From NCBI GenBank assembly GCA_034670305.1, contig JAXMNT010000008.1, forward strand, positions 1-64,000: 64,000 nt of DNA. The letters are read 5' to 3'. Shown here one piece after another: positions 44,513 through 55,682 of the stretch. The first letter of the stretch is position 1, and each line of letters begins with the position of its first letter. This DNA is from Deltaproteobacteria bacterium. GTDB taxonomy: Bacteria; Myxococcota_A; Polyangia; Polyangiales; Houyiibacteriaceae. The notes below the pieces were generated by a model. That model did not search any database. It saw only the letters and a list, made by a program, of their open reading frames with translations, and had not been told where the DNA came from. The position numbers were made by a program, and so were the translations under genes.

Positions 44513-46606
44513 ATGAAGGACCTCAGCAAATACCGCAACATCGGCATCTTCGCCCACGTGGACGCCGGCAAGACCACCACCACCGAGCGCATTCTCAAGC
44601 TCACCGGCAAGATCCACAAGATCGGCGAAGTTCACGATGGCGCTGCCACGACGGACTTCATGGAGCAGGAGCAGGAGCGTGGCATCACGATCCAGTCCGC
44701 TGCCACGACGTGCTTCTGGAAAGACCACCGGCTCAACATCATCGACACCCCCGGCCACGTCGACTTCACGATCGAAGTCTACCGCTCGCTGAAGGTGCTC
44801 GACGGTGGCGTCGGCGTCTTCTGCGGAAGCGGCGGCGTCGAGCCCCAGTCGGAGACGAACTGGCGCTACGCGAACGACTCCAAGGTCTCGCGCATCATCT
44901 ACGTGAACAAACTCGACCGCCTCGGCGCGGACTTCTACCGGGTCGTCGCCCAGGTGAAGAAGATCCTCGGTGCCAAGCCGCTCGTCATGGTGCTGCCGAT
45001 CGGGACCGAAGCCGACTTCGTCGGTGTCGTCGATCTGCTCACCCGCAAGGCGTACATCTGGGACGACTCCGGTCTGCCCGAGAACTTCGTCGTCGAAGAC
45101 GTGCCCGCCGACATGACGGACATCGTCGAGAAGTACCGCCAGGAACTCATCGAGACCGCGATCGAAGAAGACGACGACGTGATGGAGAAGTACCTCGAAG
45201 GCGAAGAGCCCTCGGTGGACACCATCAAGGCGTGCATCCGCAAGGGCACCCGCGACCTCTCGTTCTTCCCGACCTACTGCGGCTCGTCGTTCAAGAACAA
45301 GGGCGTGCAGCAGATCCTCGACGCCGTCGTCGACTACCTGCCCGCGCCGACCGAAGTGCCGCCGCAGCCGGAAGTCGACCTCGAGGGTGTCCCGACCGGC
45401 AAGTTCGCCAAGGTCGACAAGGACGGTCCCGTCCGCGCGCTCGCGTTCAAGATCATGGAGGACCGCTTCGGCGCCCTGACCTTCACGCGCGTCTACTCGG
45501 GCACGATCAAGAAGGGCGACACGCTCCTCAACACCGCGACGGGCAAGACCGAGCGCATCGGCCGCATGGTCGAGATGCACGCCGACGACCGGACGATGGT
45601 CGACGAGTGCCAGGCGGGCGACATCGTCGCGATCGTCGGGCTCAAGGCGGTCCGCACCGGCCACACCCTGTGTGACCAGAAGGACCCGGCCACGCTCGAA
45701 CCGATGGTCTTCCCGGCGCCGGTCATCTCGGTGGCCGTCATCCCGAAGGACAAGGCCAGCAGCGAGAAGATGAGCGTCGCGCTCGGCAAGATGGTTGCCG
45801 AGGACCCGAGCTTCCACGTCAACGTCGACGAGGAGTCCGGCGAGACGATCATCCGAGGCATGGGCGAACTCCACCTCGACATCAAGGTCGACATCTTGCG
45901 TCGTACCCACGGCGTCGAAGCCGAAGTCGGCAAGCCCCAGGTCGCCTACCGCGAGACGATCACCAAGGCGATCCAGGACAGCTACACCCACAAGAAGCAG
46001 ACCGGTGGTTCGGGTCAGTACGCGAAGATCGACTACACGATCGAGCCGCTCGAGGCCGGCGAAGGCTTTGTCTTCGAGTCCAAGGTCGTCGGTGGCCGCG
46101 TGCCGAAGGAGTACATCCCTTCGGTCGAGAAGGGCTTCAAGACGATGAAGGACAAGGGGCCGCTCTGTGGCTTCCCGCTCCTCGACTTCAAGCTCACCCT
46201 CACCGACGGTGGCTTCCACGCGGTCGACTCGTCGCAGATGGCTTTCGAGGCGGCCTCCCGCGCCGCGTTCCGCCAGAGCATGCCGAAGGCTGGTCCGCAG
46301 CTGCTCGAGCCGATCATGAAGGTCGACGTCTTCGTGCCGAGCGACAACGTCGGTGACGTCATCGGCGACCTCAACCGTCGACGCGGCATGGTCAGCGGCC
46401 AGGAGCCGGGTCACGCGAGCGTTCGGGTTAAGGCGGACGTCCCGCTCAGCGAGATGTTCGGCTACATCGGCGACCTCCGGTCCGCCACCTCCGGTCGCGG
46501 CCAGTTCTCCATGGAGTTCAGCCACTACGCACCGGTACCGGCGCACATCCTCGAGCAGGTGAAAGAGGAAGTCCGCAAGCGCGAAGAGGAGAAGGGCAAG
46601 AAGTAG
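44513..46606 (+). CDS. fusA: Elongation factor G (stand-alone copy)
   Basis: [27 protein letters not shown] and GMGELHL motifs. Confidence 0.98.
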   Translation: MKDLSKYRNIGIFAHVDAGKTTTTERILKLTGKIHKIGEVHDGAATTDFMEQEQERGITIQSAATTCFWKDHRLNIIDTPGHVDFTIEVYRSLKVLDGGVGVFCGSGGVEPQSETNWRYANDSKVSRIIYVNKLDRLGADFYRVVAQVKKILGAKPLVMVLPIGTEADFVGVVDLLTRKAYIWDDSGLPENFVVEDVPADMTDIVEKYRQELIETAIEEDDDVMEKYLEGEEPSVDTIKACIRKGTRDLSFFPTYCGSSFKNKGVQQILDAVVDYLPAPTEVPPQPEVDLEGVPTGKFAKVDKDGPVRALAFKIMEDRFGALTFTRVYSGTIKKGDTLLNTATGKTERIGRMVEMHADDRTMVDECQAGDIVAIVGLKAVRTGHTLCDQKDPATLEPMVFPAPVISVAVIPKDKASSEKMSVALGKMVAEDPSFHVNVDEESGETIIRGMGELHLDIKVDILRRTHGVEAEVGKPQVAYRETITKAIQDSYTHKKQTGGSGQYAKIDYTIEPLEAGEGFVFESKVVGGRVPKEYIPSVEKGFKTMKDKGPLCGFPLLDFKLTLTDGGFHAVDSSQMAFEAASRAAFRQSMPKAGPQLLEPIMKVDVFVPSDNVGDVIGDLNRRRGMVSGQEPGHASVRVKADVPLSEMFGYIGDLRSATSGRGQFSMEFSHYAPVPAHILEQVKEEVRKREEEKGKK

Positions 46607-46649
46607 TTTCTTGCCTGCCCGGGCTTCGCGGCCCGGGATCAGAATTAGG

Positions 46650-46686
46650 AAGAGGGCTGCGATGATTCGCAGCCCTCTTTCGTTTT
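46650..46686 (+). terminator. Rho-independent terminator (probably bidirectional)
   Basis: AAGAGGGCTGCGA-TGAT-TCGCAGCCCTCTT followed by TCGTTTT. Confidence 0.85.
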
Positions 46687-46700
46687 GGAGCTCTGCGCGG

Positions 46701-46853
46701 CTACTTCTTGCCCTTGGCTGCGCCCGGCTTCGCTGCTGCCGCGCCCTTGTTCTGGCTGGCCTGCTTGGCCTGGGCCTTGGACGCGCCGGCCTTCTTGGAC
46801 GCGTCTTTCTGTTTCTGGCCTTTGGACTTCGACTTGGGGGATTTGTCTCCCAT
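46701..46853 (-). CDS. Small Lys/Ala-rich basic protein (50 aa, MGDKSPKSK...)
   Basis: GGAGG RBS 4 nt before the ATG, GC-third codon usage, and the gene ends next to the terminator. Confidence 0.75.
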   Translation of the reverse strand: MGDKSPKSKSKGQKQKDASKKAGASKAQAKQASQNKGAAAAKPGAAKGKK

Positions 46854-46945
46854 GGAACCTCCGACTCGACGACACATGCCATCGGTGCTGGGCTGCAACA
46901 TCGCAACAACGGTGCAACTTGGCCAGCACGGCGTTGTGCGCTTGC

Positions 46946-47767
46946 TCAGTTCGGCTTCACCGCGCGCAGGCCGAGCATCATCGGAAGCTCGTCGGGAGCC
47001 GAGGGCAACCGCCACATGCCGTGGTCGCCTTGGACCATGCCGTGGTGGGGCAGCGGCTCCCAGTCGCAGTCGCGGTACTCGCGGATCTGCTCCAACCGAA
47101 GCCCGGCGTCGAGGATCGCCTGAACGACCTCGCCGACCCCGTGGTTCCAGCAGTAGGACTGGCGGTTCTTCAGGTCCGCGGTCTTGTCGGCGTAGCTGCC
47201 TTCGGTGTCGTCGCCGAGCGGCTCGGCGGTCTCGAAGTAGGGGTAGCGCACCGCGAGCACGCCATCGGTGCGGGTGTCGTCGATCGTATAGAGCATCGGG
47301 TGCATCTCGCGCACGACCAAGACACCGCCCGGCTTCAGCAGAGCGCTGACGACCTGCGCCCACGTCCGGATGTCGGGGAGCCACACCAGCGCGCCGACAC
47401 CGGTCACCACCCGGTCGTAGGTCTCCCCGAGCGCGTTCACGGCGTCGTAGACATCGGCGCACTCAAAGCGCGCCTCGAGCTCGGCGCGGGCCGCGAGCGT
47501 GCGGGCCGCCGCGACCGCTTCGGGGCTGAAATCGAGCCCGGTCGCCTCGGCGCCACGGCGCGCCCACCCGAGCGTGTCGAGCCCGAAGTGACACTGCAGG
47601 TGGGCCAGGCGCAGGCCGGCGACGTCTCCCATCAGGTCGAGGTCCGCGGGTTTGAGTGGGCAGTCGCCGGCAAGAAACGCGTCGACACCGTAGAAGGCGC
47701 TGCCGACGTGGGTGGTGACGCGCTCGTCCCAGTGCAAGCGGTTGGCGCGTTTGTACTCGTCGGTCAT
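46946..47767 (-). CDS. Class I SAM-dependent methyltransferase
   Basis: [15 protein letters not shown] and LLKPGG motifs. Confidence 0.92.
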   Translation of the reverse strand: MTDEYKRANRLHWDERVTTHVGSAFYGVDAFLAGDCPLKPADLDLMGDVAGLRLAHLQCHFGLDTLGWARRGAEATGLDFSPEAVAAARTLAARAELEARFECADVYDAVNALGETYDRVVTGVGALVWLPDIRTWAQVVSALLKPGGVLVVREMHPMLYTIDDTRTDGVLAVRYPYFETAEPLGDDTEGSYADKTADLKNRQSYCWNHGVGEVVQAILDAGLRLEQIREYRDCDWEPLPHHGMVQGDHGMWRLPSAPDELPMMLGLRAVKPN

Positions 47768-47847
47768 CGAGGATGGGTGCGCACGGTCGCGCCCCGACGC
47801 AACCGCCCGATTGCCAAACGACGCGCGATGCGCGAGACCCGGGTTCG

Positions 47848-48561
47848 ATGAGTGACGGTTCCCCTCCCCCGCTTCGGCGTCCTGTTGTTCCCGTCATGGC
47901 CCTTCGCGACGATCCGCCGCGGGTGCTCATGATCTACGGCTCGCTCCGGGAACGTTCCTACAGTCGGCTGCTCTCGGAGGAGGCCGGGCGCATCTTGACC
48001 GGGCTCGGCGCCGACGTGCGCTTCTTCGACCCGTCGGGGCTGCCGGTCAAAGCGCCCGAACACGAGGCCCACCCAGAGGTGGTGCGGCTGCGGGAGTGGT
48101 CGCTCTGGTCCGAAGCACACGTGTGGTGTTCGCCGGAGATGCATGGCGCCATCACCGGCGTGTTCAAGAACCAGATCGACTGGATCCCGCTCTCGATGGG
48201 CGCGGTGCGGCCCACCCAAGGGCGCACGCTCGCGGTCATGCAAGTGTGCGGCGGTTCGCAGTCCTTCAACGTCGTGAACACGCTCCGACTGCTGGGTCGG
48301 TGGATGCGCATGTTGACCATCCCGAACCAGTCGTCCGTGGCCAAGGCGTACCAGGAGTTCCACGACGACGGCACGATGAAGGACTCGCCCTACCGAGACC
48401 GCGTGGTCGATGTGATGGAGGAACTCTACAAGTTCACGATCCTCACGCGCGACATGCGCGACTTCTTGGTCGACCGCTACAGCGAGCGCCGCGAAGCGCT
48501 CGCGAAGCAGGCGCTCGATCCAGAGAACCCCAAACACCGGATCCCGGAAGACGGTCTGTAA
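47848..48561 (+). CDS. arsH: Arsenical resistance flavoprotein ArsH (start may be 47896)
   Basis: [27 protein letters not shown] and TIPNQSSV motifs. Confidence 0.95.
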   Translation: MSDGSPPPLRRPVVPVMALRDDPPRVLMIYGSLRERSYSRLLSEEAGRILTGLGADVRFFDPSGLPVKAPEHEAHPEVVRLREWSLWSEAHVWCSPEMHGAITGVFKNQIDWIPLSMGAVRPTQGRTLAVMQVCGGSQSFNVVNTLRLLGRWMRMLTIPNQSSVAKAYQEFHDDGTMKDSPYRDRVVDVMEELYKFTILTRDMRDFLVDRYSERREALAKQALDPENPKHRIPEDGL

Positions 48562-48592
48562 GACGCGCGCACGCTGGCGGACGCGGGGGCGG

Positions 48593-49744
48593 TCAGGCGA
48601 GCAGGTACGCCGTCTCTGGGTTCTCGCGGCGCCAGATCACGGCGTCCATGAAGTAGTGGTGCAGGTTCACGAACGCGTGGATCGCCGCGAAGTAGGGCGT
48701 CGGTCCCAGGTCGCCGAGTCCTGCGTCCGGCAATACGAACGCATCGAGGGACATCGGCAATCCGCGGAGCAAGAGTCCACCGAGCAGCGCCGCAGAGATG
48801 GCGAGCATCGCGAGCCGCGTCTTGCGCGAGGTGCCGAACCAGGGCGGGCCTTCGCGTTCCGCGGCTTCGTTGCCGCGCATCAGCCGGACGAAGTAGAGGT
48901 ACTGCAGCGAGTGCATCGCGGGCAACGCGTACCGAACCATGGGATCGGCCGCCGAGAAGATGAGCCAGAGCCAGATGCTGGCGAGCAGTGCGGTCAGCGG
49001 TGTGAGGAGCGGCAGCGCACCGTCTCTGCGCCACTTCCGCACCAAGACGAACCCGAGCCACAGCCCGGTGCCGATCGTGGCCGCGAGCGCGACCGGCTCC
49101 ATCCACGCCGCGTGGGGCAGCGAGTCGTAGACGACGCCCTTCTCGAACCGCGCGCGCCCCGGATCGAATGGGTTCGCCCACGCGTAGCCCCAGCCCGCGT
49201 AGCAGTGCGCGAGGATCGCGCGGCGTTCGGACAGCGCGAACCGCACGCCGCGGCGTGCGCTCAGCACGACCATCACGCCGAAGCCCTGCTTCACGTAGTG
49301 CCAGCCGACGAGCAAGAACATCAGCTGGATCATCAGCCCGAGTGCGTGGGCCGAGCCGGCGGTCAGTGCCCACGCGCACCAGACGAAGAGCCCGGCCGGC
49401 ACGAGCACACCGGCGGCGAGGTACCGCAGGCGTTGCAACGGCGCGAACGCGTCGCCGAACAAACGAACGCGCGCGTCGCGGTAGAAGAGAAGGTACGTGA
49501 CGGCGAAGTGCGGATCGTTGAGTACGCGCGCGGCGTGAAAGAAGGTGAACCCGAAGACGAGCTCGCCGGTGTCGAGTCCCACGACGCCGCGCAGCGCCCA
49601 CGCGATCGGGAAGAGCAAGAGCGTCGCGCCACCCACGACGAGAAACTCCACCCACGGCCGGACCGGCGGCTGTGCGCGCGGCGTGTGCTCGATCGCTCCG
49701 GACGCGGGCGCAGGCAACTCGAGGGCGGTGGTCGACGAGGTCAC
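48593..49744 (-). CDS. Hypothetical polytopic membrane protein with His motifs
   Basis: NDPHF, WHYVKQGFG, HSLQY and HHYFMD motifs. Confidence 0.8.
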   Translation of the reverse strand: MTSSTTALELPAPASGAIEHTPRAQPPVRPWVEFLVVGGATLLLFPIAWALRGVVGLDTGELVFGFTFFHAARVLNDPHFAVTYLLFYRDARVRLFGDAFAPLQRLRYLAAGVLVPAGLFVWCAWALTAGSAHALGLMIQLMFLLVGWHYVKQGFGVMVVLSARRGVRFALSERRAILAHCYAGWGYAWANPFDPGRARFEKGVVYDSLPHAAWMEPVALAATIGTGLWLGFVLVRKWRRDGALPLLTPLTALLASIWLWLIFSAADPMVRYALPAMHSLQYLYFVRLMRGNEAAEREGPPWFGTSRKTRLAMLAISAALLGGLLLRGLPMSLDAFVLPDAGLGDLGPTPYFAAIHAFVNLHHYFMDAVIWRRENPETAYLLA

Positions 49745-49771
49745 AGAAGTGCGTGTGTACCGCGGTTCGGG

Positions 49772-50638
49772 TCAGCGGGGTTGCACGCAGCTGGCGAGAA
49801 AGTCTGTGACGGCACGGACGTGCGGGACGTCGCGCAGATCTTCGTGCACGACGAGCCAGACTTCGCGGGGAGGGACGTCGGGTTCGGTGAGCGCCCGCAA
49901 GTTGCGACCCATGAACTGGGGCAAGAGGCCGATCACCGCCCCACTCTGAATCGCGCGCAAACAACCGGAGATGGTGCTCACCCGAAGCACAGGGCGTTTG
50001 CCGGCGAGCCGATCGAGCACCCACCGGTGTTCGGCCGTGCCGTCGAGTCGTTCGTCCAGCAGAACCAACGAGTGCCCGCGAAGCGAGGCGACGTCGGAGC
50101 CATGGCGCGCGATGTAGCTGTCGGTTCCGAAGAGCCCGAAGGGCGCCATGGCGACGCGCCGGCTCCGCACGTTCGCTTCCGTCGGTCGGTCGAGGCGCAG
50201 CGCGACGTCGGCGACGCGCTCTCCGATCGAGACGATGCGGGCTTGGGAACGGAGCACCAGATCGATGTCGGGATGCGCTTCGAAGAACTCGGCGAGGCGA
50301 GGCGCGATGAGGTGGGTGACGACGGTCTCGGCGGTGGAGACCACCACCTTGTGGGTTCCGTCCCGGTGCCGTGCGCCCGCCGATCGGCGGAGGTCGTCGA
50401 TCGCCCGCGCCACGTGCTGCGCCGCCGGCAACAGCTGCTCGGCGTCCGGGGTGAGCGAGACGCCGCCCGCGTGGCGGTGCAAGAGGCGCAGCCCGAACGA
50501 ACGCTCGAGCTTGGCCAGCCGGCGACTCACCGTCGCGGTGGAGCAGCCCGCCCGGGTCGCCGCACGGGCCAGCGATCCCTCTTCGGCCGCGTAGAGAAAC
50601 AGTCGCAGATCGTCCCAGCTCTCGTCTTCCTGACCCAT
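49772..50638 (-). CDS. LysR family regulator
   Basis: WDDLRLFL...GSLARAA...TVSRRLAKLE. Confidence 0.92.
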   Translation of the reverse strand: MGQEDESWDDLRLFLYAAEEGSLARAATRAGCSTATVSRRLAKLERSFGLRLLHRHAGGVSLTPDAEQLLPAAQHVARAIDDLRRSAGARHRDGTHKVVVSTAETVVTHLIAPRLAEFFEAHPDIDLVLRSQARIVSIGERVADVALRLDRPTEANVRSRRVAMAPFGLFGTDSYIARHGSDVASLRGHSLVLLDERLDGTAEHRWVLDRLAGKRPVLRVSTISGCLRAIQSGAVIGLLPQFMGRNLRALTEPDVPPREVWLVVHEDLRDVPHVRAVTDFLASCVQPR

Positions 50639-50719
50639 CCACCAAGGATTGCACTGCTGCAACGCTGTATAAACTGAATGGCTATTCACATGGCGGCGCT
50701 GGGGCTCAACAGTGTTGTC

Positions 50720-51682
50720 ATGGAAACCACAGCACACTCAGTCGTTTCGTTGACGCAAAACAAGTTGGCCGATCGGCCGACCCAGCCGGTTCGGGAGGAC
50801 CAGAAGGAACGTTCCAGAGCGCCCGGGGGAGAGGCCGTCGAGTTCGAGACCGGGGACGGCTTCTTGCTCCGCGGCACCTACTTTCCAGCCGCCGATCCCG
50901 TCGCCACCGTGGTCGTGCATCCGGCCACGTCGGTCCCGGCCGGCTACTACCACCGGTTCGCGGCGTACCTGGCTTCGGAAGGACTCTCGACGCTGACCTA
51001 CGACCTGCGCGGGATGGGCAAGAGCAAACCTCGGACGCTGCGCGGCTTTCACGCCGACAAGATCGTCTGGGGCGAACAAGACATGAGCGCCGCGTTCGAG
51101 TGGCTCGAGGACCGGCATCCTGACCTGCCCCACTTCGTGGTGGGCCACTCGGTGGGCGGACAGTTTCAGGGCATCGCCAAGCGCCCCCAGGACATCGACG
51201 GACTCCTCTCGGTGGGGAGCGGGTTCGGATCGTGGATGACGATGCGCGCCCCCTACAAGTGGTTCGTCGCGCTCACCTGGTACGTGACGGTGCCACTGCT
51301 CACGCGCCTCTTCGGGTACCTGCCGTCCAAACGGTTGGGGTTCGGCGAGGACCTACCCGCCGCCGCCGCGCAGCAATGGGCCCGGTGGGGCAAACGCGCC
51401 AACTACTTCGCGGACGACTTCCGTCGACGCGACGGGTTCGTACGCTTCAACGCACCGTGGCTCGCGCTCCGCGCCACCGACGACGAAATCACGTCTCCGG
51501 AGAACGCGCAGGGCCTGTACGAGATGTACCCCTACGCGAAGATCGAAGAGCGGGTGCTCGACCCGAAGGACTTCGGCAAACGATCGATCGGCCACCTGAC
51601 CTTCTTCCGGCCCCAGAACGCCGACCTCTGGTCGATCGCCAGCGACTGGTTCCGCGCGCTCGCCCAAGCGCGGTCGAACTGA
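50720..51682 (+). CDS. Alpha/beta hydrolase
   Basis: YDLRGMG, VGHSVGG and IGHLTFF motifs. Confidence 0.9.
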   Translation: METTAHSVVSLTQNKLADRPTQPVREDQKERSRAPGGEAVEFETGDGFLLRGTYFPAADPVATVVVHPATSVPAGYYHRFAAYLASEGLSTLTYDLRGMGKSKPRTLRGFHADKIVWGEQDMSAAFEWLEDRHPDLPHFVVGHSVGGQFQGIAKRPQDIDGLLSVGSGFGSWMTMRAPYKWFVALTWYVTVPLLTRLFGYLPSKRLGFGEDLPAAAAQQWARWGKRANYFADDFRRRDGFVRFNAPWLALRATDDEITSPENAQGLYEMYPYAKIEERVLDPKDFGKRSIGHLTFFRPQNADLWSIASDWFRALAQARSN

Positions 51683-51782
51683 TCCGCGCGTGCAAGGCGT
51701 CCACGCACGCACCGCACACACGCATCGGAGGCTTCCACGAGCGTCTGTATGCGGCTCGCCCGATCACACGGGTCTACACCGT

Positions 51783-52664
51783 TCATGGCAAGCGCGGCCG
51801 CGCCGACGCACCCGCGAGCAGCGGGGCCATCTCCTCGAGCCGGGGCAGGAGCAGGTCCACCATCGCCCGCACCCGCGCAGAGCGTTTGAGGTCGGCGTGG
51901 ATCAAGAGCCAGAAGTCTGCCGAAGCTTCGGGGATCGGCGATCCGACCCGCTCGAGACTTGGGGTCGGGTCGCCCAGGTAGCAGGGCAATAGCCCGAGCG
52001 CGCGTGTGCACGTGAGCACTCGGTGCATCGCGCCCACCGACGAGACCTCGAGCAAGACCGGAACGTTCGCATGGTGCTTCCGGCGCCATGCCGATGCCGC
52101 CGCCGGGCCCGAACCCTCGGAGTAGATCACCCATGGGAGATCCGGTTCGGTCGACGGGCCGTACACGCACCACGCGATCGTCCCGACCTTGCGTCCGACC
52201 GCGGTCAGCGGCGGTTCGTTGCTCGGCCTCAGCGCGAGGTCGGCATCGGAACCGAGATCGAGGATGCGATCGTCCGCCCGCAAGATCGGGCGCAACCCGG
52301 GCGCCAGTTCGCGTACGCGCACCAGCTGCGGCGTCACGATCGGGAGCAATGACTCGGGAAGCGTGATCGTGACCGGACCGACCGCACTTCGGTCGTGGCC
52401 CAGCACGCCGCGTTGCGCCGCCAGCACCGCTTCCTCCACCTGCTCGGCGAGCGGAAGCAGCGCTTCGCCAACGCCAGTGAGCGCGTAGCCACGCGGGTCT
52501 CGTTCAAACAGCGTGGTGCCAAGCGCTTCTTCCAAGGCCGCGATCCGGCGGTGGACCGTGGACGCGTTCACCCCCAGTCGGGAAGCGGCGGCGGCCAGCG
52601 TCCCTGCCCGGGCAACGGCGAGAAACGCTGGCAAGTCGTCCCATCGCACATCCGAGCCTTGCAT
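51783..52664 (-). CDS. LysR family regulator
   Basis: WDDLPAFLAVARAGTLAAAASRLGVNASTVHRRI. Confidence 0.92.
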   Translation of the reverse strand: MQGSDVRWDDLPAFLAVARAGTLAAAASRLGVNASTVHRRIAALEEALGTTLFERDPRGYALTGVGEALLPLAEQVEEAVLAAQRGVLGHDRSAVGPVTITLPESLLPIVTPQLVRVRELAPGLRPILRADDRILDLGSDADLALRPSNEPPLTAVGRKVGTIAWCVYGPSTEPDLPWVIYSEGSGPAAASAWRRKHHANVPVLLEVSSVGAMHRVLTCTRALGLLPCYLGDPTPSLERVGSPIPEASADFWLLIHADLKRSARVRAMVDLLLPRLEEMAPLLAGASARPRLP

Positions 52665-52744
52665 TATCGCAAGACTACCATGCGTTCTGCCACCTTGCTC
52701 ACTCATCTGCGCAAGCACATTCTGAGCGTCAGGAGGCACGGACG

Positions 52745-53428
52745 ATGATCACCATTCGACGCAGCGAAGAACGAGGACACGCGAACCACGGCTGGTTGGA
52801 CAGCCACCACACGTTCAGTTTTGCGGGCTACTACGACCCGCGCTTCATGGGCTTCGGCCCGCTTCGGGTCATCAACGAAGACCGCGTGGACGCCGGTCGC
52901 GGCTTCGGCACCCACCCTCACCAGAACATGGAGATCATCTCCTACGTGGTGCACGGGGCACTCGCCCACCAGGACAGCACTGGCTCGGGCGGCGTCGTGC
53001 ACCCGGGTGAGGTCCAGATCATGTCGGCCGGCCGCGGCGTGCGGCACAGCGAGATGAACGGCAGCCAAGCCGAGCCCGTCCACTTCCTCCAGATCTGGAT
53101 CGAACCGTCCGAGACGGGCACCGAGCCGAACTACGCGGAACGCTTCTTCGAGCGCACCCCTGGGGCCACGTTGCTCGTGAGTCCCGACGGTCGAGAGGAC
53201 AGCCTGCACATCCGACAGGACGCGGACCTGTACCGCGTCTTGCTCTCGCCCGGGACCACCGAGCCCCTCGCGCTGCGCAAAGACCGCGCCTGGGTGCAGG
53301 TCGTCTCCGGCACCGTGACCGTGGATGGAACCGAGCTGCGGGCGGGCGACGGCGCCGCCCTCACCGACACCCAGTCGCTCACGCTCTCGAGCGACGCCGA
53401 AGCCGAGCTCCTCGTCTTCGATCTCTGA
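52745..53428 (+). CDS. Pirin family protein (YhhW-like)
   Basis: GWLDSHHTFSF, HPHQNMEI and HSEMN motifs. Confidence 0.95.
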   Translation: MITIRRSEERGHANHGWLDSHHTFSFAGYYDPRFMGFGPLRVINEDRVDAGRGFGTHPHQNMEIISYVVHGALAHQDSTGSGGVVHPGEVQIMSAGRGVRHSEMNGSQAEPVHFLQIWIEPSETGTEPNYAERFFERTPGATLLVSPDGREDSLHIRQDADLYRVLLSPGTTEPLALRKDRAWVQVVSGTVTVDGTELRAGDGAALTDTQSLTLSSDAEAELLVFDL

Positions 53429-53513
53429 AACCTGCCGGGCCGCGGCGACGCGGTCCGTCTTCGAACCAGGGTTCACCGGTGGTGGGCCCGACCCAACCTA
53501 CGAAAGAACGGTC

Positions 53514-54056
53514 ATGACCCAACTGAAGATCCTCGGCCTCTCCGGCTCGCTCCGAAAAGACAGCACCAACACAGCCCTGCTCCGCGCGGCCGCTGAGCTC
53601 GCCCCCGATGGCGTGTCGCTCGACCTCTACGACTACCGAGATGTGCCGCTCTACGACGGCGACCTGCCCGAACAAGGGTCGGTCGAGGCGCTCAAGGCGG
53701 CCATCGGTGCAGCCGACGCCGTGCTCATCGCCACGCCCGAATACAACTACAGCGTCTCTGGCGTGCTCAAGAACGCGATCGACTGGGCCAGCCGGCCGGC
53801 CTACGAGTCGGTCTTCCGGAACAAGCCGACCGGTGTCGTCTCTGCGGCTGCGAGTTTCGCGGGCGGCGCGCGGGCTCAGCAGCACCTCAAGACGATCCTG
53901 CTCGGCATGGGCACGCCGGTGTTCCCGTGGCCCGAGCTGCTGGTCGCGGGCGCGCACAAGAAGTTCACCGACGGCAAACTCACGGACGAGACGACCGCGA
54001 AGTTCCTCGGGGAGTACCTGGCCGGCTTCGCGCCATGGGCCGCCGCCCAGCGCTGA
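53514..54056 (+). CDS. NADPH-dependent FMN reductase
   Basis: SGSLRKDSTN and TPEYNYSVSGVLKNAIDW motifs. Confidence 0.93.
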   Translation: MTQLKILGLSGSLRKDSTNTALLRAAAELAPDGVSLDLYDYRDVPLYDGDLPEQGSVEALKAAIGAADAVLIATPEYNYSVSGVLKNAIDWASRPAYESVFRNKPTGVVSAAASFAGGARAQQHLKTILLGMGTPVFPWPELLVAGAHKKFTDGKLTDETTAKFLGEYLAGFAPWAAAQR

Positions 54057-54107
54057 GCCCGGCGCTGATCGCCCCGTGTCGGTGCGCGCCTCCCGAGCGT
54101 CGGTCGC

Positions 54108-55682
54108 TCAGCGACACGCCATGAGTGGGCAGCCGTCGACGCCGCCCGCGCAGCGGAAGACCTCCGTACACGCGCCTCGATCCACCGCGCAATGGACCTG
54201 GTCGACCTCCGTCCCGCAACCACTCGGGTCCGTGTCCCAAAAGAGATCGAACACGCATTCGCCGCCCGGGCCGGCCTCACAGGCGTCGGTGCCGGGCGGG
54301 AAGGGGGCAAACGCCTCGAGCACTCCGTCGCAGTCGAAGTCGTTGCCTCCCTCGCTGTTGCGGGGCCTTCCGAAGTACTCGGTCTGGCCAGGAAACGCCC
54401 GCGCATCGGAGCCATCGCAGTCCTGGCTCGCGACATCGACCGGCGCGCGGTCGGTCCAGTTCTCGGGGCAGACCGAACCACAGTTGGGCGTGGGCGGCGC
54501 GGTCGAGACCGCGAACCCGTCCGAGTCGCCGTCGACGTAGCAGATCACCGCAACGCCTTCGTCTACCTCGCCATCGCAGTCGTCGTCGACCGCGTTGCAG
54601 ATCTCCGGTTCGCCGCCGATGGCCCCCATGCACACGCCCCAGCCGTCGCCGGTGCACTCCTGGGTGCCTCGGCTGCAGCGCCCGGTGTCGGAACCGCAGA
54701 CCCGGAACGGTTCCGAACAACTGCACCCTTCATCCACGGCGCCGTCGCAATCTTCGTCTCGGTCGTTGCCGCACTCGTCTTCGGTCGGTCCGATGCCGCA
54801 GCCTCCCCAGAGTCCGGAGACGCAGTTTTGAGAGCTCGCAGCGCACGCGCCCGGAAGCGGACAGGTGCGGGAGCTTCCGCTCGTGCACGCGCAGCCACCG
54901 GGCGGATCGTTCGGCGTTCCAGAGCAGTCGTCGTCGACCTCCTCGGGGTCACACCGGTCGAACGCACCGGGGTGGGTGGACGCGTTCATGTCGTCGCAGT
55001 CACCACCGCGCGCGGCGTACCCAGCCGGCGCCGTGCACGCCTCGACCCGGTCCGCATCCACAGAGACATCGGAGAACCCGTCGCCGTCCATGTCGCGTAC
55101 GAAGGTCGCCATCACCCCTTCGTCCGTCGCGCCGTCGCAGTCTTGATCGACGCCGTCGCACTCCTCGGCTTCGCCTGGGTGCACACCAGCGGCTCGGTCG
55201 TCGCAGTCGTCCCCGCATCGGTCCCCGTTGCAGCAGGCGGCATCCGTGAACCCGTCGCCATCGGTGTCGCCGTCGGACCCGAACGTGGACGGGTCGCAGT
55301 CTTCGTCGACCCCAGCCACGTCGCACACCTCGGTCGCAGCCGGGGATACGTTGGGATCGGCGTCGTTGCAGTCGAGGCCACCGCAGCCGACGGCCACGAC
55401 GCCGTCGCCGTCCGCATCTGGCGCCATCGCACAGTCGGACTCGCATGTTTCTGCGACCTCGTCGCAGCGTTGCCCCTCGAGACACGGCGCCGCGCCGGCA
55501 ACGCAAACACCTCCTTCGCACCGCTCCGGTCCGTTGCAGAACAGCCCGTCGTCGCAGCCGCGCGCATCGGCGCAGACGACAGACCCGTCACCGGCGTCGA
55601 TGGCCCCGCCCGAGTCTCCGCACGAAGCCAGAGCCACCGCCAGGCCGAGCGGCACAAGTCCGATCGAGCGGTTGAACCTCAT
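54108..55682 (-). CDS. Cys/Asp-rich lipoprotein with putative metal-binding (MopE-like) repeats
   Basis: LASC lipobox and repeated DxDGDG...DCDD...HPGA.E.C...DDDCDG units. Confidence 0.9.
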   Translation of the reverse strand: MRFNRSIGLVPLGLAVALASCGDSGGAIDAGDGSVVCADARGCDDGLFCNGPERCEGGVCVAGAAPCLEGQRCDEVAETCESDCAMAPDADGDGVVAVGCGGLDCNDADPNVSPAATEVCDVAGVDEDCDPSTFGSDGDTDGDGFTDAACCNGDRCGDDCDDRAAGVHPGEAEECDGVDQDCDGATDEGVMATFVRDMDGDGFSDVSVDADRVEACTAPAGYAARGGDCDDMNASTHPGAFDRCDPEEVDDDCSGTPNDPPGGCACTSGSSRTCPLPGACAASSQNCVSGLWGGCGIGPTEDECGNDRDEDCDGAVDEGCSCSEPFRVCGSDTGRCSRGTQECTGDGWGVCMGAIGGEPEICNAVDDDCDGEVDEGVAVICYVDGDSDGFAVSTAPPTPNCGSVCPENWTDRAPVDVASQDCDGSDARAFPGQTEYFGRPRNSEGGNDFDCDGVLEAFAPFPPGTDACEAGPGGECVFDLFWDTDPSGCGTEVDQVHCAVDRGACTEVFRCAGGVDGCPLMACR

